In this document: piece after piece, positions 1 to 10,880 of the stretch
Numbering within the stretch: position 1 is the stretch's first letter
Layout: every line of letters begins with the position of its first letter
Virus record (IMG/VR): IMGVR_UViG_3300035181_001203
Location: 48,654-112,653 of that record
Origin: a virus
Reading direction: 5' to 3' (one strand)
Length of the DNA: 64,000 bases
Position numbers and translations under genes: made by a program
The notes under the pieces: model-generated
Databases searched by the model: none
Told to the model about the DNA's origin: nothing
Seen by the model: the letters and a program-made list of their open reading frames with translations, nothing else

Positions 1-2112
1 TGATATATTTATAGTTTCTATTAAATTCCATAATAAACCATCAGAAGATCCATAAATACCAAACTGCGAAATACTAGCAGAATAATATTTTAATCTAAAT
101 CTAATTCCTTGAATAATTGCTGGAGTTTTAAATTTAAATTGATAAAAAACACAATTAGGATCTGTTAAATCGTAATTCATGCTTGATGCTATATTTACAT
201 AAATTGGATAAGAATATGAACTATCATCAGCATACGTTATAAATAATTCTCTTAAGTTTGACTTAATTAAAGAACCCATATAATCTACTTTTGTTGGATC
301 AGCCACCCCATTATTAAAACCAGATGTTAATATGGGTCCAGCATATAATACTCTACCTTTAATTCGAGAATCTATATCTGGGATAGGTTCTGTTCCACTA
401 TAACTAATCTCAACACTTACATTATCTATTCGCGGTATTTCCTGTATAACCCTATTATAACCACCAGCAATATATAAATCTACAATTCCATCATGAATAT
501 ATACAGATAAATTTGCTCCATATCTTGCTCCCTTACTTAGAGGTCCATAAATAACAGTTTTGTTATTAATTATATCATAAATTTCATAATTTTCTCCACC
601 ACAAATTGCAATAAGACCAGGTTTATTAATCCCTTCAAGTTTTACACAACTTGCATGTAAATGGCCAAATTTAGTATTTCCAATACTAGATATAGAACAA
701 CTTTTTTTGTCATCACTCACAACGACTTTATATATTTTATTAGAAATAGGAGCATTCATCCAAGTTCTCGGACAAGTTGTTGCTCCACCAAAAATTAAAA
801 ATGTATTTAAATCAATTTGAATACAAGTAGATCCATATAATCCAACAGGCAAATTACCTATACTTCTCATTTCTAATGTCGTTTCATCAAACAAATGAAT
901 ACTATTAGAAATAGTTTCAGTTTTATATGGAATATACGTATAATTACTACTTGTATTTATTTTATATAATGGTGCAGATATTCCAGAAACAGCAACAAAC
1001 CAACCTTTAGCAGTTGTATATCCTCTTATGGGGGTTTCGCATGCGGGATTTGGAGTAAATGGTGGCATTCCCGGATCATTCCAATCAGTATCACCACTAC
1101 ATCTATATGTAGCATCACTCCACCCTTTAGTATCATTATCATAAGTTGCCGGATAAATTTTTACAACGCCAAAAACAGGAGTGGGTCTAGCATACTTCCA
1201 ATAAAAAGAATTATTAGTTTGATAAGGAGTAGAACCATATATTATATGACCTTGATATACAACTTGTGCATCTGCACTACCGCCACACGAATTACCTCCA
1301 CAAATATCATAATATTCGTTTTCTGTAATATCTCCATCACTTAATTGCATTTTTTGATCAACTTCAATTTCTGCTGTTTGTAATGTTGAATATGCTCCAC
1401 CTATAAATACCGTGCACGTATCTAATTTAACTTTACTTGGATTATATGGAGTATCAAAAAATTCATTATTCTTTGGCATTAACCCTTTTTTAACAAATTT
1501 GAAACCATCGTATAATTCCCAAAAATGATTTACTTTAACTATTATATCAATACTACGAATACTATTAATTAAATAAAAATTTTCACCAATAGTTGAAAAA
1601 TTACCACAAGCATTACCAAATGGATTATTATTACTTGCATCTGGTGGAAACATTATATATTGAAATCGTACCTGGTTAGAATAAATATCATATATATTAG
1701 TAGATCCATCTATAATTTTATAATCTGAAATATATGTAATATCCTGATACCCATTATTATAAGTTGAATAAATAGCTTTAATGTATTGTTCTTTAACAGT
1801 TATACTACCAAGGCTTTTACCAAAAGCTGAAAAATCTAACCAAAAACTAGCAGGCGTCGGAAGATTATTATTTTGTTGATATGGAGTCCATCCATCCCAC
1901 AACGTATAATCAGAATATGTTATTTGAAAAGTTACACTGTCACCTGGATATGTAATATTATAAGAAAAATAAAACTTTGCTAGTGCATTTGCTTCAAAAT
2001 GAACTGCTGATATATCCTGACGATAAACAATACTACTTAAAGTTCCTTTAAATCCATAAATCGCCTGGCTTGTCGAACTGATGTTATGAGATAATAAAAC
2101 ATAATTTTTCAT
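1..2112 (-). CDS. Large virion-type protein with Kelch-like beta-propeller repeats; runs off the window start
   Basis: Not in ORF track (no stop in window). ATG at 2112 overlaps the upstream TAA; frame reads open where checked; segments such as GNLPVGLYGSTCIQIDLNTFLIFGG, LIAICGGEN, LYIAGG resemble Kelch repeats. Confidence 0.6.
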   Translation of the reverse strand, partial: MKNYVLLSHNISSTSQAIYGFKGTLSSIVYRQDISAVHFEANALAKFYFSYNITYPGDSVTFQITYSDYTLWDGWTPYQQNNNLPTPASFWLDFSAFGKSLGSITVKEQYIKAIYSTYNNGYQDITYISDYKIIDGSTNIYDIYSNQVRFQYIMFPPDASNNNPFGNACGNFSTIGENFYLINSIRSIDIIVKVNHFWELYDGFKFVKKGLMPKNNEFFDTPYNPSKVKLDTCTVFIGGAYSTLQTAEIEVDQKMQLSDGDITENEYYDICGGNSCGGSADAQVVYQGHIIYGSTPYQTNNSFYWKYARPTPVFGVVKIYPATYDNDTKGWSDATYRCSGDTDWNDPGMPPFTPNPACETPIRGYTTAKGWFVAVSGISAPLYKINTSSNYTYIPYKTETISNSIHLFDETTLEMRSIGNLPVGLYGSTCIQIDLNTFLIFGGATTCPRTWMNAPISNKIYKVVVSDDKKSCSISSIGNTKFGHLHASCVKLEGINKPGLIAICGGENYEIYDIINNKTVIYGPLSKGARYGANLSVYIHDGIVDLYIAGGYNRVIQEIPRIDNVSVEISYSGTEPIPDIDSRIKGRVLYAGPILTSGFNNGVADPTKVDYMGSLIKSNLRELFITYADDSSYSYPIYVNIASSMNYDLTDPNCVFYQFKFKTPAIIQGIRFRLKYYSASISQFGIYGSSDGLLWNLIETINIS

Positions 2113-5024
2113 TAGGATAAAACCTCATATCCGGTTGTAACATTACATATCATTGGATACATAATACCATTAGAATCAAAACCATCTACGTTAGGATCAA
2201 ATCCACTATTAGGAACAAATACACGAGTATATAATATAGTTATTGAAAAATATTCTACATTTGAAACATTTGGAGTAGATATTTTAATTAAATTATAAGC
2301 ATATGGAGAGGGAGAAGCAGGATTCGTCGTAAAATCTTCACCACTTATATATAAAATATCTGAGCATGGTGGAACTAATGTTTTTGTATCTAAAATTGTT
2401 GTATATGTATTATCAGAATAAATATTAATTAATATAGAATAAAGTGAATTTGGTAAAATTATAGGTCCATTAATAGCACTTAAATTAGCTTTATAAAGAT
2501 TAGAAACCATTATATAACTACCATTTGTACTGAAAAAATATTCTTTATTTAATTCAAGAAATACATTCTCAGTAATAGCAAAAGCTGACTGATTGTTTGT
2601 TCCAGGGGTGTCATAGCCACATACAGCGTATGGATTAATCTTCATTCCATCTGATCTCATAACTATATACTCTTCTAAAACAGTAATATCAATATTAGTA
2701 TTGTAATAATAATGACATTCAATCTTATGCAATACGTTTGGATTTAATTGTACAGGTAGATCACTTAATTTAACATAATCAAAATAACCGCTTGTTATAG
2801 ACTGATATTCTCCATCATGTCCAAAATAATTAAATAACAAATTATTTGCAGTAGTATCCATTAATCGTACGTATGCAGTTTTAGGTATTTCGATACCATC
2901 AACAAAAGTTTTTGTTGTATATGTCCATAGTTGATCATTATCTCCAATTAGTGATGGACTAAGTGTTGTATCTGGCATTCTAATATATCCGGGCCATCTT
3001 AAAGGCCACGACGATAATGGTGCGCTGCTATAATTAGACTTAAATAAATATTTTAAACTATCTGAATAAGATAATTCATTATATATAAATGGAACTTTAG
3101 TAACTGGATTATCGAATCTTTTATATCCAGTTGTATATAAAGTATCTGTCGTATATAATGAATTTGTTCCAACAACTGAAGCTTCTTCAATATCTAAAGA
3201 AACAGTATATGGTGTATTGTTGATATCATAACCACTATCTAATATAAAATAAAATCCTGCATTAAAATTCAACGCAGCTTGTAACGAAGAGGATGCATCT
3301 GTTAAATTTTTAACATTATTATTAATATTTAAATTTGTCGCATTAATTATTGCTTGAATAATATATGTTCCATTAAAAAGAAAGTAATTACTATCTAAAG
3401 TTAAATCATCATTAATAACGCAATATGATAGATTGTTAAAAACTTGCTTCCCTTTCATGTAAATTATATAACCTTTAAAATTATTTAAGCTTGTTACTTT
3501 TAATTTAACTATTTTTTTATAAAAATTATCATGTTGATAATTAAACGGAGTAGATTTATTAACTTGTAAAGCTGAATCAAAAGTTGTTCCACCTAAAACG
3601 TTAGTATTTTTAATAAAATTCATTGTATATTTATGATAATAATTCTTATAAATATACCCTGAACCAAGATATTCAGTATTTATATTAAACACAAGTTGAT
3701 ATTTACCTTCTATAAACACATTCAATTTATCAAGATTTATAAATGTATTATGATAAATTCTTTCTGAAGCAACATAAAAGTTATGACTATTTATATAATT
3801 AGGAGAACCAATTGGTGCATCAACACTCAATAAAGTATAACTATCTATTCTAAAAATATATGTATTAAAACAATTTAAAATTAAATTTCCATTAAATCTT
3901 GAACTATATTTTGTGTTTCCACCATCTAAAATATTATTATGTAGCCTATAAACAACCGCAAGATAAGATTTTTCTCCACAATAAAAATTCTGGTCAACGC
4001 ATTGTATATAATTAATAGTTTCGAACAAATTTGGGCTTATTTGATTATAATAAACTTTCTTAATTGAGACTATTTCAACATAAATACAACCATTATTATC
4101 AATCATTCCATAATGCATTTCAATATTATGACTACTATTTATATAAAAACTAAGACTATCACTTATTGTATCATCCTGAATAACATTATTAACATAAATA
4201 TTTAATTTTAATGTATGTAAACTATTTATTGATAAATTAGAAATTAATGATGTTAAATCAATTTTACCTTCATAATTTGTAGAATAAACAGGAGCTACAG
4301 TTGTTGCTACACTATCTATAACAACTTCTATTTTAGTAATACTATTTTTATCTAACGTGTTAGAAAACAATCTAAGAGTTAAAATATTTAATAAATCTTT
4401 TTCTAACCAATATGATACTACGAATAAATCTGGTAGTGTTGAATCTGGGAAAGGTAATGTTACATTATCGGTATTCCTGTTTAATAAACTTACTGATGTT
4501 TTATTATTTCCTTCACTCACATCTGAAGATGATGAATTTATAGGTTGTAATTCTGAAATATCATTTGCTCCATAAAATTTTACAATGGTTGAACCATTAT
4601 CTGCTAATCGCTGATTAACTGGAACTAATTGTGGATTTAAATCTGTAGAAATAATACTTATATGACCACTATTAATATTTCCAATAACATTATAAACATA
4701 TTGATATCCATTCCATATTGTCGAACCACTTGGTAAATTAATGGCTATTGTCGCATAACATGAATTATTATTACATACAATATTATAGGCTATATCAATA
4801 TTATCTCCAACATATTGTTGGAATTTTGTAGCATAATCATTATATGATATGTTATTATTAAGATATTGAATATTATATGATGTTAAACCATTTATTACTG
4901 ATGTATATAAATCTTGATATTGATCAAATGGAGTTGAATCATCTAATGTTGTATAGAAATAGTTACCATTATTAAAATAGTTATTTGGTAATAAATACCC
5001 ATCATAAGCAATAAAAATACTCAT
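2112..5024 (-). CDS. Large Asn/Tyr/Ile-rich beta-type protein, probable virion/tail accessory protein
   Basis: 970 aa ORF translationally coupled to both neighbours; composition only, no catalytic motif. Confidence 0.5.
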   Translation of the reverse strand: MSIFIAYDGYLLPNNYFNNGNYFYTTLDDSTPFDQYQDLYTSVINGLTSYNIQYLNNNISYNDYATKFQQYVGDNIDIAYNIVCNNNSCYATIAINLPSGSTIWNGYQYVYNVIGNINSGHISIISTDLNPQLVPVNQRLADNGSTIVKFYGANDISELQPINSSSSDVSEGNNKTSVSLLNRNTDNVTLPFPDSTLPDLFVVSYWLEKDLLNILTLRLFSNTLDKNSITKIEVVIDSVATTVAPVYSTNYEGKIDLTSLISNLSINSLHTLKLNIYVNNVIQDDTISDSLSFYINSSHNIEMHYGMIDNNGCIYVEIVSIKKVYYNQISPNLFETINYIQCVDQNFYCGEKSYLAVVYRLHNNILDGGNTKYSSRFNGNLILNCFNTYIFRIDSYTLLSVDAPIGSPNYINSHNFYVASERIYHNTFINLDKLNVFIEGKYQLVFNINTEYLGSGYIYKNYYHKYTMNFIKNTNVLGGTTFDSALQVNKSTPFNYQHDNFYKKIVKLKVTSLNNFKGYIIYMKGKQVFNNLSYCVINDDLTLDSNYFLFNGTYIIQAIINATNLNINNNVKNLTDASSSLQAALNFNAGFYFILDSGYDINNTPYTVSLDIEEASVVGTNSLYTTDTLYTTGYKRFDNPVTKVPFIYNELSYSDSLKYLFKSNYSSAPLSSWPLRWPGYIRMPDTTLSPSLIGDNDQLWTYTTKTFVDGIEIPKTAYVRLMDTTANNLLFNYFGHDGEYQSITSGYFDYVKLSDLPVQLNPNVLHKIECHYYYNTNIDITVLEEYIVMRSDGMKINPYAVCGYDTPGTNNQSAFAITENVFLELNKEYFFSTNGSYIMVSNLYKANLSAINGPIILPNSLYSILINIYSDNTYTTILDTKTLVPPCSDILYISGEDFTTNPASPSPYAYNLIKISTPNVSNVEYFSITILYTRVFVPNSGFDPNVDGFDSNGIMYPMICNVTTGYEVLS

Positions 5025-5350
5025 TGTACAATAGTCCTAAAAAATGCACCTGTTATACCATTATTTAATACTAGTGTTGGTAAGACAATTGGCTTATAAG
5101 CTATAATTGGCTGTGTAATGTATATATTCGTTTCATATTGTGAAATCATGCCATTTGAATTATCTTTAACAGATAATAAAATATGTTTTACACCTAAAGA
5201 ATCAAATTTAACATAAATTTTTCTACCAGTAAGCGTAATTATATTAAGATGATCTAAATTTATTTGCCATGAATAACTATAATTTGCATTATGCTTAACT
5301 AAATCGTTAGCTATTAATAAAACTTTTGAAAATTGTGGAAAATATCTCAT
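5021..5350 (-). CDS. Small PKD/Ig-like protein
   Basis: YSYSW...VKFDSLGVKHILLSVKD resembles a PKD domain; ATGA overlaps. Confidence 0.45.
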   Translation of the reverse strand: MRYFPQFSKVLLIANDLVKHNANYSYSWQINLDHLNIITLTGRKIYVKFDSLGVKHILLSVKDNSNGMISQYETNIYITQPIIAYKPIVLPTLVLNNGITGAFFRTIVQ

Positions 5351-6372
5351 GAAATTTTAATTCCAGAAATAGGATTGGTGTCTAACTCACTGATATTAAT
5401 TCCAGCAGCTTTTCTATTTACAGAACTTGTATTGTCTATTATTTTAGCTTTTTGTCTTACTAAATTAGCGTTTCTTTCTATATCACCAGTTATATCTTCA
5501 TATAAATTACCATCAATCTGTCTTACAACATCACCTTTAATAATTTCTTTATATAATAATTGTCCACCCATTCCACCAATAGTTTTGTTGTAAATAGTGT
5601 TGTGTTGATCATCAACGATCACAGTTTCTATAATACCATTAGAAAATATATTATAAGTTATATAATTTCCACAAACTATTTGAATATCTCCAACTGGTTT
5701 TAAAATAATAGTTAAATTAGGATTTCTTTTTTTAGTTGTTGGGTCTATATCACCAACAAATACCGTTATTCCGGCTTGTGTAAAATCAATCTGATATTCA
5801 AAATTCTCAGACATAGCATCTTCATTATCGTTTGCGCCGTTAATAAAATTACGATCACTACCAGAGAAGCATAGTCTAGTAATTACTTCATCACCACTGT
5901 TAATAGAAAATACTCTAAAACCAGCCCCCATAGCATCGTAATTTTGACATACCGTGCGAATCAGACCCTCAAGACCCGAGTAAATCGTCTGACACAGGGG
6001 GCTAGACCCCATCATGCTTAATTTTCCGCGTAACAAGGATAAAAAAGCACCGTCTGGACCTGAAATCATACGGTCGCCGGGTAAATGTCTATTTAATGGC
6101 AAATTTCCACCAAAGCCTGATAAGAACTGCGTTAAGTTATTATCATCTCTAGATCTGCCGACATACCAACGAGAAATCTTTGATCCACCATCCTCGTCAG
6201 TAAAAATAACTGCTATATCACCTAATTCTGGATGGTGTAAGTCTCCAGACTGTTTTAAACTACATTCAGCATATGAAACATCTTCAGTGAAGAAATTACC
6301 ATCAATTGAGATAGTATCGCAACACAATCTGTTAACATCAACATAAATTATTCTAGCTTCATGATAACTCAT
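5347..6372 (-). CDS. Putative baseplate central spike (gp5/gpV-like)
   Basis: N-terminal PELGDIAVIF (OB-fold-like) and C-terminal 8-residue repeats IKGDVVRQ/IDGNLYED/ITGD typical of spike beta-helices. Confidence 0.45.
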   Translation of the reverse strand: MSYHEARIIYVDVNRLCCDTISIDGNFFTEDVSYAECSLKQSGDLHHPELGDIAVIFTDEDGGSKISRWYVGRSRDDNNLTQFLSGFGGNLPLNRHLPGDRMISGPDGAFLSLLRGKLSMMGSSPLCQTIYSGLEGLIRTVCQNYDAMGAGFRVFSINSGDEVITRLCFSGSDRNFINGANDNEDAMSENFEYQIDFTQAGITVFVGDIDPTTKKRNPNLTIILKPVGDIQIVCGNYITYNIFSNGIIETVIVDDQHNTIYNKTIGGMGGQLLYKEIIKGDVVRQIDGNLYEDITGDIERNANLVRQKAKIIDNTSSVNRKAAGINISELDTNPISGIKIS

Positions 6373-6752
6373 CTAAATTGACCTTTATCATCTATAATTT
6401 TAGGAATATCTGTTATTACTTTTGCATTAATTCTTTTATTACAGATAAGACTTGAAGGTTTTCCAATATAATTTTTAATAACTTTATCTTTTGATAATTC
6501 AAAAACTTTAAGACCCAAATCCTCATTTGAAATACCAGGGTCATTCATAATGATATCATGTATGTCAGAATCTTCATACAAAATATGAATATGTATATCT
6601 ATAAAATTATCAATATAATCACTAATCAAACTAGATAAGCTTTTCCCATATTTTTGCAAGATTCTTGTAATCAATAACCATTTTCCCATATTCATATGAA
6701 ATGAAGTTATTCTTCCCATCATTTCTGTCTTTTTAGTATTCTTAATTTTCAT
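6369..6752 (-). CDS. Hypothetical protein
   Basis: 127 aa ORF with ATGA overlap into the next gene. Confidence 0.5.
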   Translation of the reverse strand: MKIKNTKKTEMMGRITSFHMNMGKWLLITRILQKYGKSLSSLISDYIDNFIDIHIHILYEDSDIHDIIMNDPGISNEDLGLKVFELSKDKVIKNYIGKPSSLICNKRINAKVITDIPKIIDDKGQFR

Positions 6753-6900
6753 GACAGCATCTCGCGCGCTTTAAAAGCAACTACCACAAAAAGAAAAACC
6801 AGGGGTTGTTGCATATATGTTCGTATTAGCTGATATTTTATTATTCATGAGTATTAAAAAACCAATTAATGATTGTTTTAGATTTGTTAAAAGTGATAAA

Positions 6901-6980
6901 AATTTCTTTTAAAAAAAAAAAAAAAAAAAATAAAGAAAATAATAATAATAATAATATATTATTATATATAATATACTCTA
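6901..6980. repeat. A20 homopolymer plus (AAT)n/(AT)n low-complexity tract
   Basis: A20 at 6911-6930 followed by AATAATAATAATAATATATTATTATATATAATAT. Confidence 0.9.
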
Positions 6981-7011
6981 TCGCTACTCCCATCATTAAT
7001 CGAACCGACTA

Positions 7012-7346
7012 GAGCACAAGTCCAATGGATCTAAGATCTACACTGTTCATACCACCGTCCTACAATCATATTTGGGATGACCCTCACACGCGAAGGTGGA
7101 AAAAGGGAGGAATCCCAAAACTCGCCTCGCGCACGTAGCCGATTTTTGAAATACGATTGTAGGGCGGGGGTATGAAGGGTCGAAATACTGATTTTCATGG
7201 ACTTGTGCTCCCCCTGGAATCCATTATCAACATGAGTGTTGGACCCTTCAAACACGAAACCCCGACATTTGCCGGGGTTTCTACCAGATACTTGTGTTAC
7301 ACTAATCACTTGAGGTCGCTCCACTTTCGTAAAACTCTCAAACTTC
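7012..7346. other. GC-rich, extensively self-complementary non-coding element (structured RNA or origin element)
   Basis: GAGCACAAGTCCA(7012)/TGGACTTGTGCTC(7198); CCGTCCTACAATC/GATTGTAGGGCGG; TTTGGGAT/ATCCCAAA; GAAACCCCG/CGGGGTTTC. Confidence 0.6.
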
Positions 7347-7414
7347 AACAATAAGTGTCACACAATCTTGATATAAAGTCAACTTTTTTTTAAATATTGA
7401 AACCAATAATATAT

Positions 7415-7444
7415 TAGCAAAATATTAAGTCTTTTTGTTATAAC
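7415..7444 (+). promoter_or_regulatory. Promoter of the GCAA-N18-TATAAT family (variant -10)
   Basis: TAGCAA-18 nt-TATAAC with TG extension, then AGGAGG RBS. Confidence 0.6.
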
Positions 7445-7460
7445 AATATTAGGAGGAACA

Positions 7461-9128
7461 ATGAATATTGATATTGAAATTGAAAATGGAGTTGAAGAAT
7501 ATTCACTTTTTAATTATTTTTACATAAGTCAACGCTATTTTGCTTCAGGGATCAATAGAATCACTGGAGAAACTAAAAAATTTATCACAACAAAAGGTTT
7601 TGATCAAATTTTAATGTCCTCTAAAAAGGGAATTGAATATAATTTTACGAAAAAACATTTCAATCCATATTTATGTGATAAAGAGAAGCTGATTTTTAGG
7701 GAATCACAGCTTATTGAAAATCAAAAAATTATAAAAGATATAGGTCCATCTAATTTTAGTGGTAATTATGAAGTAGTTAAAAAAAATCAGCCATATAAAG
7801 ATAATTTTTATTTTGAGACAGTTCCTTTTAAGGTAGAAGGTTTTGATCTTTTTAGATATCAAAACGATGATTTGTATTTTACACAGTATCAATCAGATGC
7901 TAGAAATAAATTGCCTCAACTTGTGAATGTTTTTGATGCAAATTTGTATGAAAAAATTAATATAGTACATGCAGTTAATGATAATGGTGATGATTATTTT
8001 GATCTTAATTGTCTTATTCGTATTTGCGATGCAGAACTTGGATATCCAGATAAGAATTCATTCTATTCTATTATTAGAGCGGCAGGATTTGAAGGGGTTT
8101 TTAAACCCCATAAAATAGGTCCATTAGAATTTGTAAACTTAAAAGATATTTTACAGTTTAAAAATGATTGTGGCAACGCTTATATTCAAAAAAACATAAA
8201 TAAGAAGCTTTCTAAACGCAAATTTGCATTTAGATACTTATATGAATACTTTAAAATTATAGAATCTTTATGTTCTAAACGTAGAAAACAATCAATAGGC
8301 TCACAAACTGGGCCTAAAGAATATAAAAAGGAAGAATTTTTACCTATTTTTTACGATAATACAATTATGGATTTTAAAATTGTATATTTTAAAGATATTT
8401 TTACTATTGAACGTAAACATGAGCTTAAGAAGATTGTTCCAGGGGATCCAATCTTCTATATTGATGGTCATTATGACTTTAATACTGGAGCAGTATCCTT
8501 TTATAATTTCAAATCAACAGGTGAAATAGTTAAAAAAATAAAAGAGAAGTTAGGAACAACCACTTCAATTAGATTTGCTAAAGTTATATCTGAATGGCTT
8601 CCTAATACATTTGGATATATTCCCCTTATAGTTAAACTAAGTATGTCTCAAAAAGCAAATCCTTCTCCATTATCCGATAATCTCACTCTCTATACAATTC
8701 CGATTAGAGAAGAAGGTTCAAATGAGGTTTTTGGTGCTGAGACGTATGTAAATTTATTTGAGTATTTTGCTAACTTTGGCATACACATTCCACAAATACG
8801 TAATATGCTTAATGCAAATAGATTTAGTTCTAAGATCTTTACACTTCTCGATACAACATTTCCAGTTTATAACGTATGTAAGGATACTCGACGTAAAATA
8901 CATGAATTTGACGAGATAAATGATCAGGATAATGAGCTTATAAATCTAATGTTTCCAGTAAGTTACGGAGTCTTAGTAATTTCACACATTCTTGAAAAAG
9001 CTGGTATATCCAAAAACTCTTATTGGTATTCCAACCTTAATAGGCTCTGCCAATCCTTCCCCCCTGGAGATGCAATTTCAACCGTCTATACCCCTCCTGA
9101 ACTTCAGGAATATTTAAATGAGGAATAA
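7461..9128 (+). CDS. Hypothetical 555 aa protein next to the candidate origin
   Basis: Long ORF, AGGAGG RBS; no family recognised. Confidence 0.7.
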   Translation: MNIDIEIENGVEEYSLFNYFYISQRYFASGINRITGETKKFITTKGFDQILMSSKKGIEYNFTKKHFNPYLCDKEKLIFRESQLIENQKIIKDIGPSNFSGNYEVVKKNQPYKDNFYFETVPFKVEGFDLFRYQNDDLYFTQYQSDARNKLPQLVNVFDANLYEKINIVHAVNDNGDDYFDLNCLIRICDAELGYPDKNSFYSIIRAAGFEGVFKPHKIGPLEFVNLKDILQFKNDCGNAYIQKNINKKLSKRKFAFRYLYEYFKIIESLCSKRRKQSIGSQTGPKEYKKEEFLPIFYDNTIMDFKIVYFKDIFTIERKHELKKIVPGDPIFYIDGHYDFNTGAVSFYNFKSTGEIVKKIKEKLGTTTSIRFAKVISEWLPNTFGYIPLIVKLSMSQKANPSPLSDNLTLYTIPIREEGSNEVFGAETYVNLFEYFANFGIHIPQIRNMLNANRFSSKIFTLLDTTFPVYNVCKDTRRKIHEFDEINDQDNELINLMFPVSYGVLVISHILEKAGISKNSYWYSNLNRLCQSFPPGDAISTVYTPPELQEYLNEE

Positions 9129-9131
9129 AAA

Positions 9132-9341
9132 ATGAAAATTTTATTAAAAACCGATAATCGTAAAAGAATTACTTTACCAAAAGAAGCTAATATTAAATCT
9201 GGTGATGTTCTTTCTTTTGAAATTTTAGAAACAGGTCAAATTATGTTGACTCCAGTTGAAATTATTCCTAAGAGGTTAATTAAAGATGGAGTTTTTACAG
9301 AAACCAATGAATCCGTTCAAATTATTATTAAGGAAGATTAA
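9132..9341 (+). CDS. AbrB/MazE/SpoVT-family DNA-binding protein
   Basis: DNRKRITLPKE..IKSGDVLSFE....IMLTPV swapped-hairpin signature. Confidence 0.75.
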   Translation: MKILLKTDNRKRITLPKEANIKSGDVLSFEILETGQIMLTPVEIIPKRLIKDGVFTETNESVQIIIKED

Positions 9342-9365
9342 AATCTGTATTTTTCAGGAGAGATC

Positions 9366-9659
9366 TTGAGTAATCCAATAATTAAAACCAATCATCAGCC
9401 TAGACCAGTAATATTTTTTAGTGAAATTCCAGAAGCTATTAGAGTTAATGAATTTAATTATTATACTGAAAAAGATTATGTAGGATGTTTTTTTAAATAT
9501 AAAGGTTGTTATTATGATGTATTACAATTTGTACGTCTTAATAAAAATTCTTCTTTTCCAGGGTGGGATGGTATTATGAATCAAAGTTTCTTTTCTGGTT
9601 TATTACTTAAATGGTGCAATAATCCTGATTATGTTGTTATTGGAAGGTATTGCTTATGA
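9366..9659 (+). CDS. Hypothetical phage protein
   Basis: CAGGAG RBS, TTG start. Confidence 0.55.
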   Translation: MSNPIIKTNHQPRPVIFFSEIPEAIRVNEFNYYTEKDYVGCFFKYKGCYYDVLQFVRLNKNSSFPGWDGIMNQSFFSGLLLKWCNNPDYVVIGRYCL

Positions 9660-9836
9660 AACTTTTTCTATTAGCCTACTTCGCTGTAACAACTTGCACT
9701 ACGATTTATTGTTTTGAGAAAAAGAAGGTATATTTTGATATAGACTCTGTTATTGACTGGTTTTTCTTATTTATGATGTTGTCAGGTATTTCTATTTGTA
9801 TTGCTATAACAACAAAACAATCGAGGGTTAATCGAA

Positions 9837-10031
9837 ATGTTCTTTAAAACCTTAAAACGCATTGCTGTAGCATTAGAGCAAAACAATATTCTTCAAGAAC
9901 GGATCTTACAAGAAGTCACTGATCTTAAATTATATACTGTTGCCAATTATAAAATGCTTAAGGAAGATTTTGAATCTACTCATACAATACCTTATTCTGA
10001 AGCCAGTGAATCTAACCCTCAAAAGGATTAA
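9837..10031 (+). CDS. Hypothetical protein
   Basis: Operonic ORF, GAGG RBS. Confidence 0.5.
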   Translation: MFFKTLKRIAVALEQNNILQERILQEVTDLKLYTVANYKMLKEDFESTHTIPYSEASESNPQKD

Positions 10032-10036
10032 TTCAG

Positions 10037-10420
10037 ATGACTTATAATGATTTAGTAGTTGAAGTATTTCCTAATGCAACAACTGAAGATTGCGAAAAGC
10101 TTCTCTGGTATTGCAAAGCATTTCCTTTCTGTGATGTTGAACACACTAAGCGTCAGCTTAAAGAGATTTATGAGCGATCCGGCGGTAACGTCAGTGTCGC
10201 AATAGCCCTTGCTCATGATGATATTGATACAGCAATAACAGAGGCTCATCAATCGGAGATCAACGCAGCTATGGATATAAATCTATCTTATGATTATAAT
10301 AAAGATATTTACCTTCTCTGGTTAAAAAATATCCCACATGGAATCAATCATTGGGAAATGAGAAGATTAAATGAATTATGCCAACAAGCATATTTAATTA
10401 AGAATAAAGAAGCTTTATGA
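10037..10420 (+). CDS. Hypothetical protein
   Basis: AAGGA RBS, operonic. Confidence 0.55.
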   Translation: MTYNDLVVEVFPNATTEDCEKLLWYCKAFPFCDVEHTKRQLKEIYERSGGNVSVAIALAHDDIDTAITEAHQSEINAAMDINLSYDYNKDIYLLWLKNIPHGINHWEMRRLNELCQQAYLIKNKEAL

Positions 10421-10502
10421 GCGTATCTTTAATGATTATTTATCATAGTTTTATTAGAAATATAGAAGAATGAGATAAACCTAATTCAAATGGAGCAGAA
10501 AT

Positions 10503-10880
10503 ATGAGCGTGACATATTTTGGATTTGCCGCAATTTGGGAAGATGGTGTAAATCTTGGCTACTCAACAAACTTAATGGACATAGCGACTAACGCCGCATT
10601 AGTTAATCTTGCAGGACAAGAGGAAACTAAAGTAGGTATTATAACCAATATAGAGTTGTTTGAAGAGCTATTTAATGAATCTATTTTGTCTTCAGTAGAT
10701 GAAACAGATAATTCAGAAGATTATAAGATTGATAAGCTAGATAAGATTTATAAGAGAGCTTGTTCTCTCATTGAATCACAACCTGACGATAACTTTTACC
10801 TTGCATATATTGAACGAGAGCATGTTACATTATTCTATAATGGTAACTTAATGCCTTCCACTGAACAGGATGCAAAATGA
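10503..10880 (+). CDS. Hypothetical acidic protein
   Basis: GGAG RBS, ATGA overlap. Confidence 0.55.
   Translation: MSVTYFGFAAIWEDGVNLGYSTNLMDIATNAALVNLAGQEETKVGIITNIELFEELFNESILSSVDETDNSEDYKIDKLDKIYKRACSLIESQPDDNFYLAYIEREHVTLFYNGNLMPSTEQDAK

Noticed and set aside
7031-7354. Overlapping ORFs 7031-7351 (-) and 7172-7354 (+)
   Set aside because: No RBS, atypical composition; better explained as chance ORFs in a GC-rich structured element
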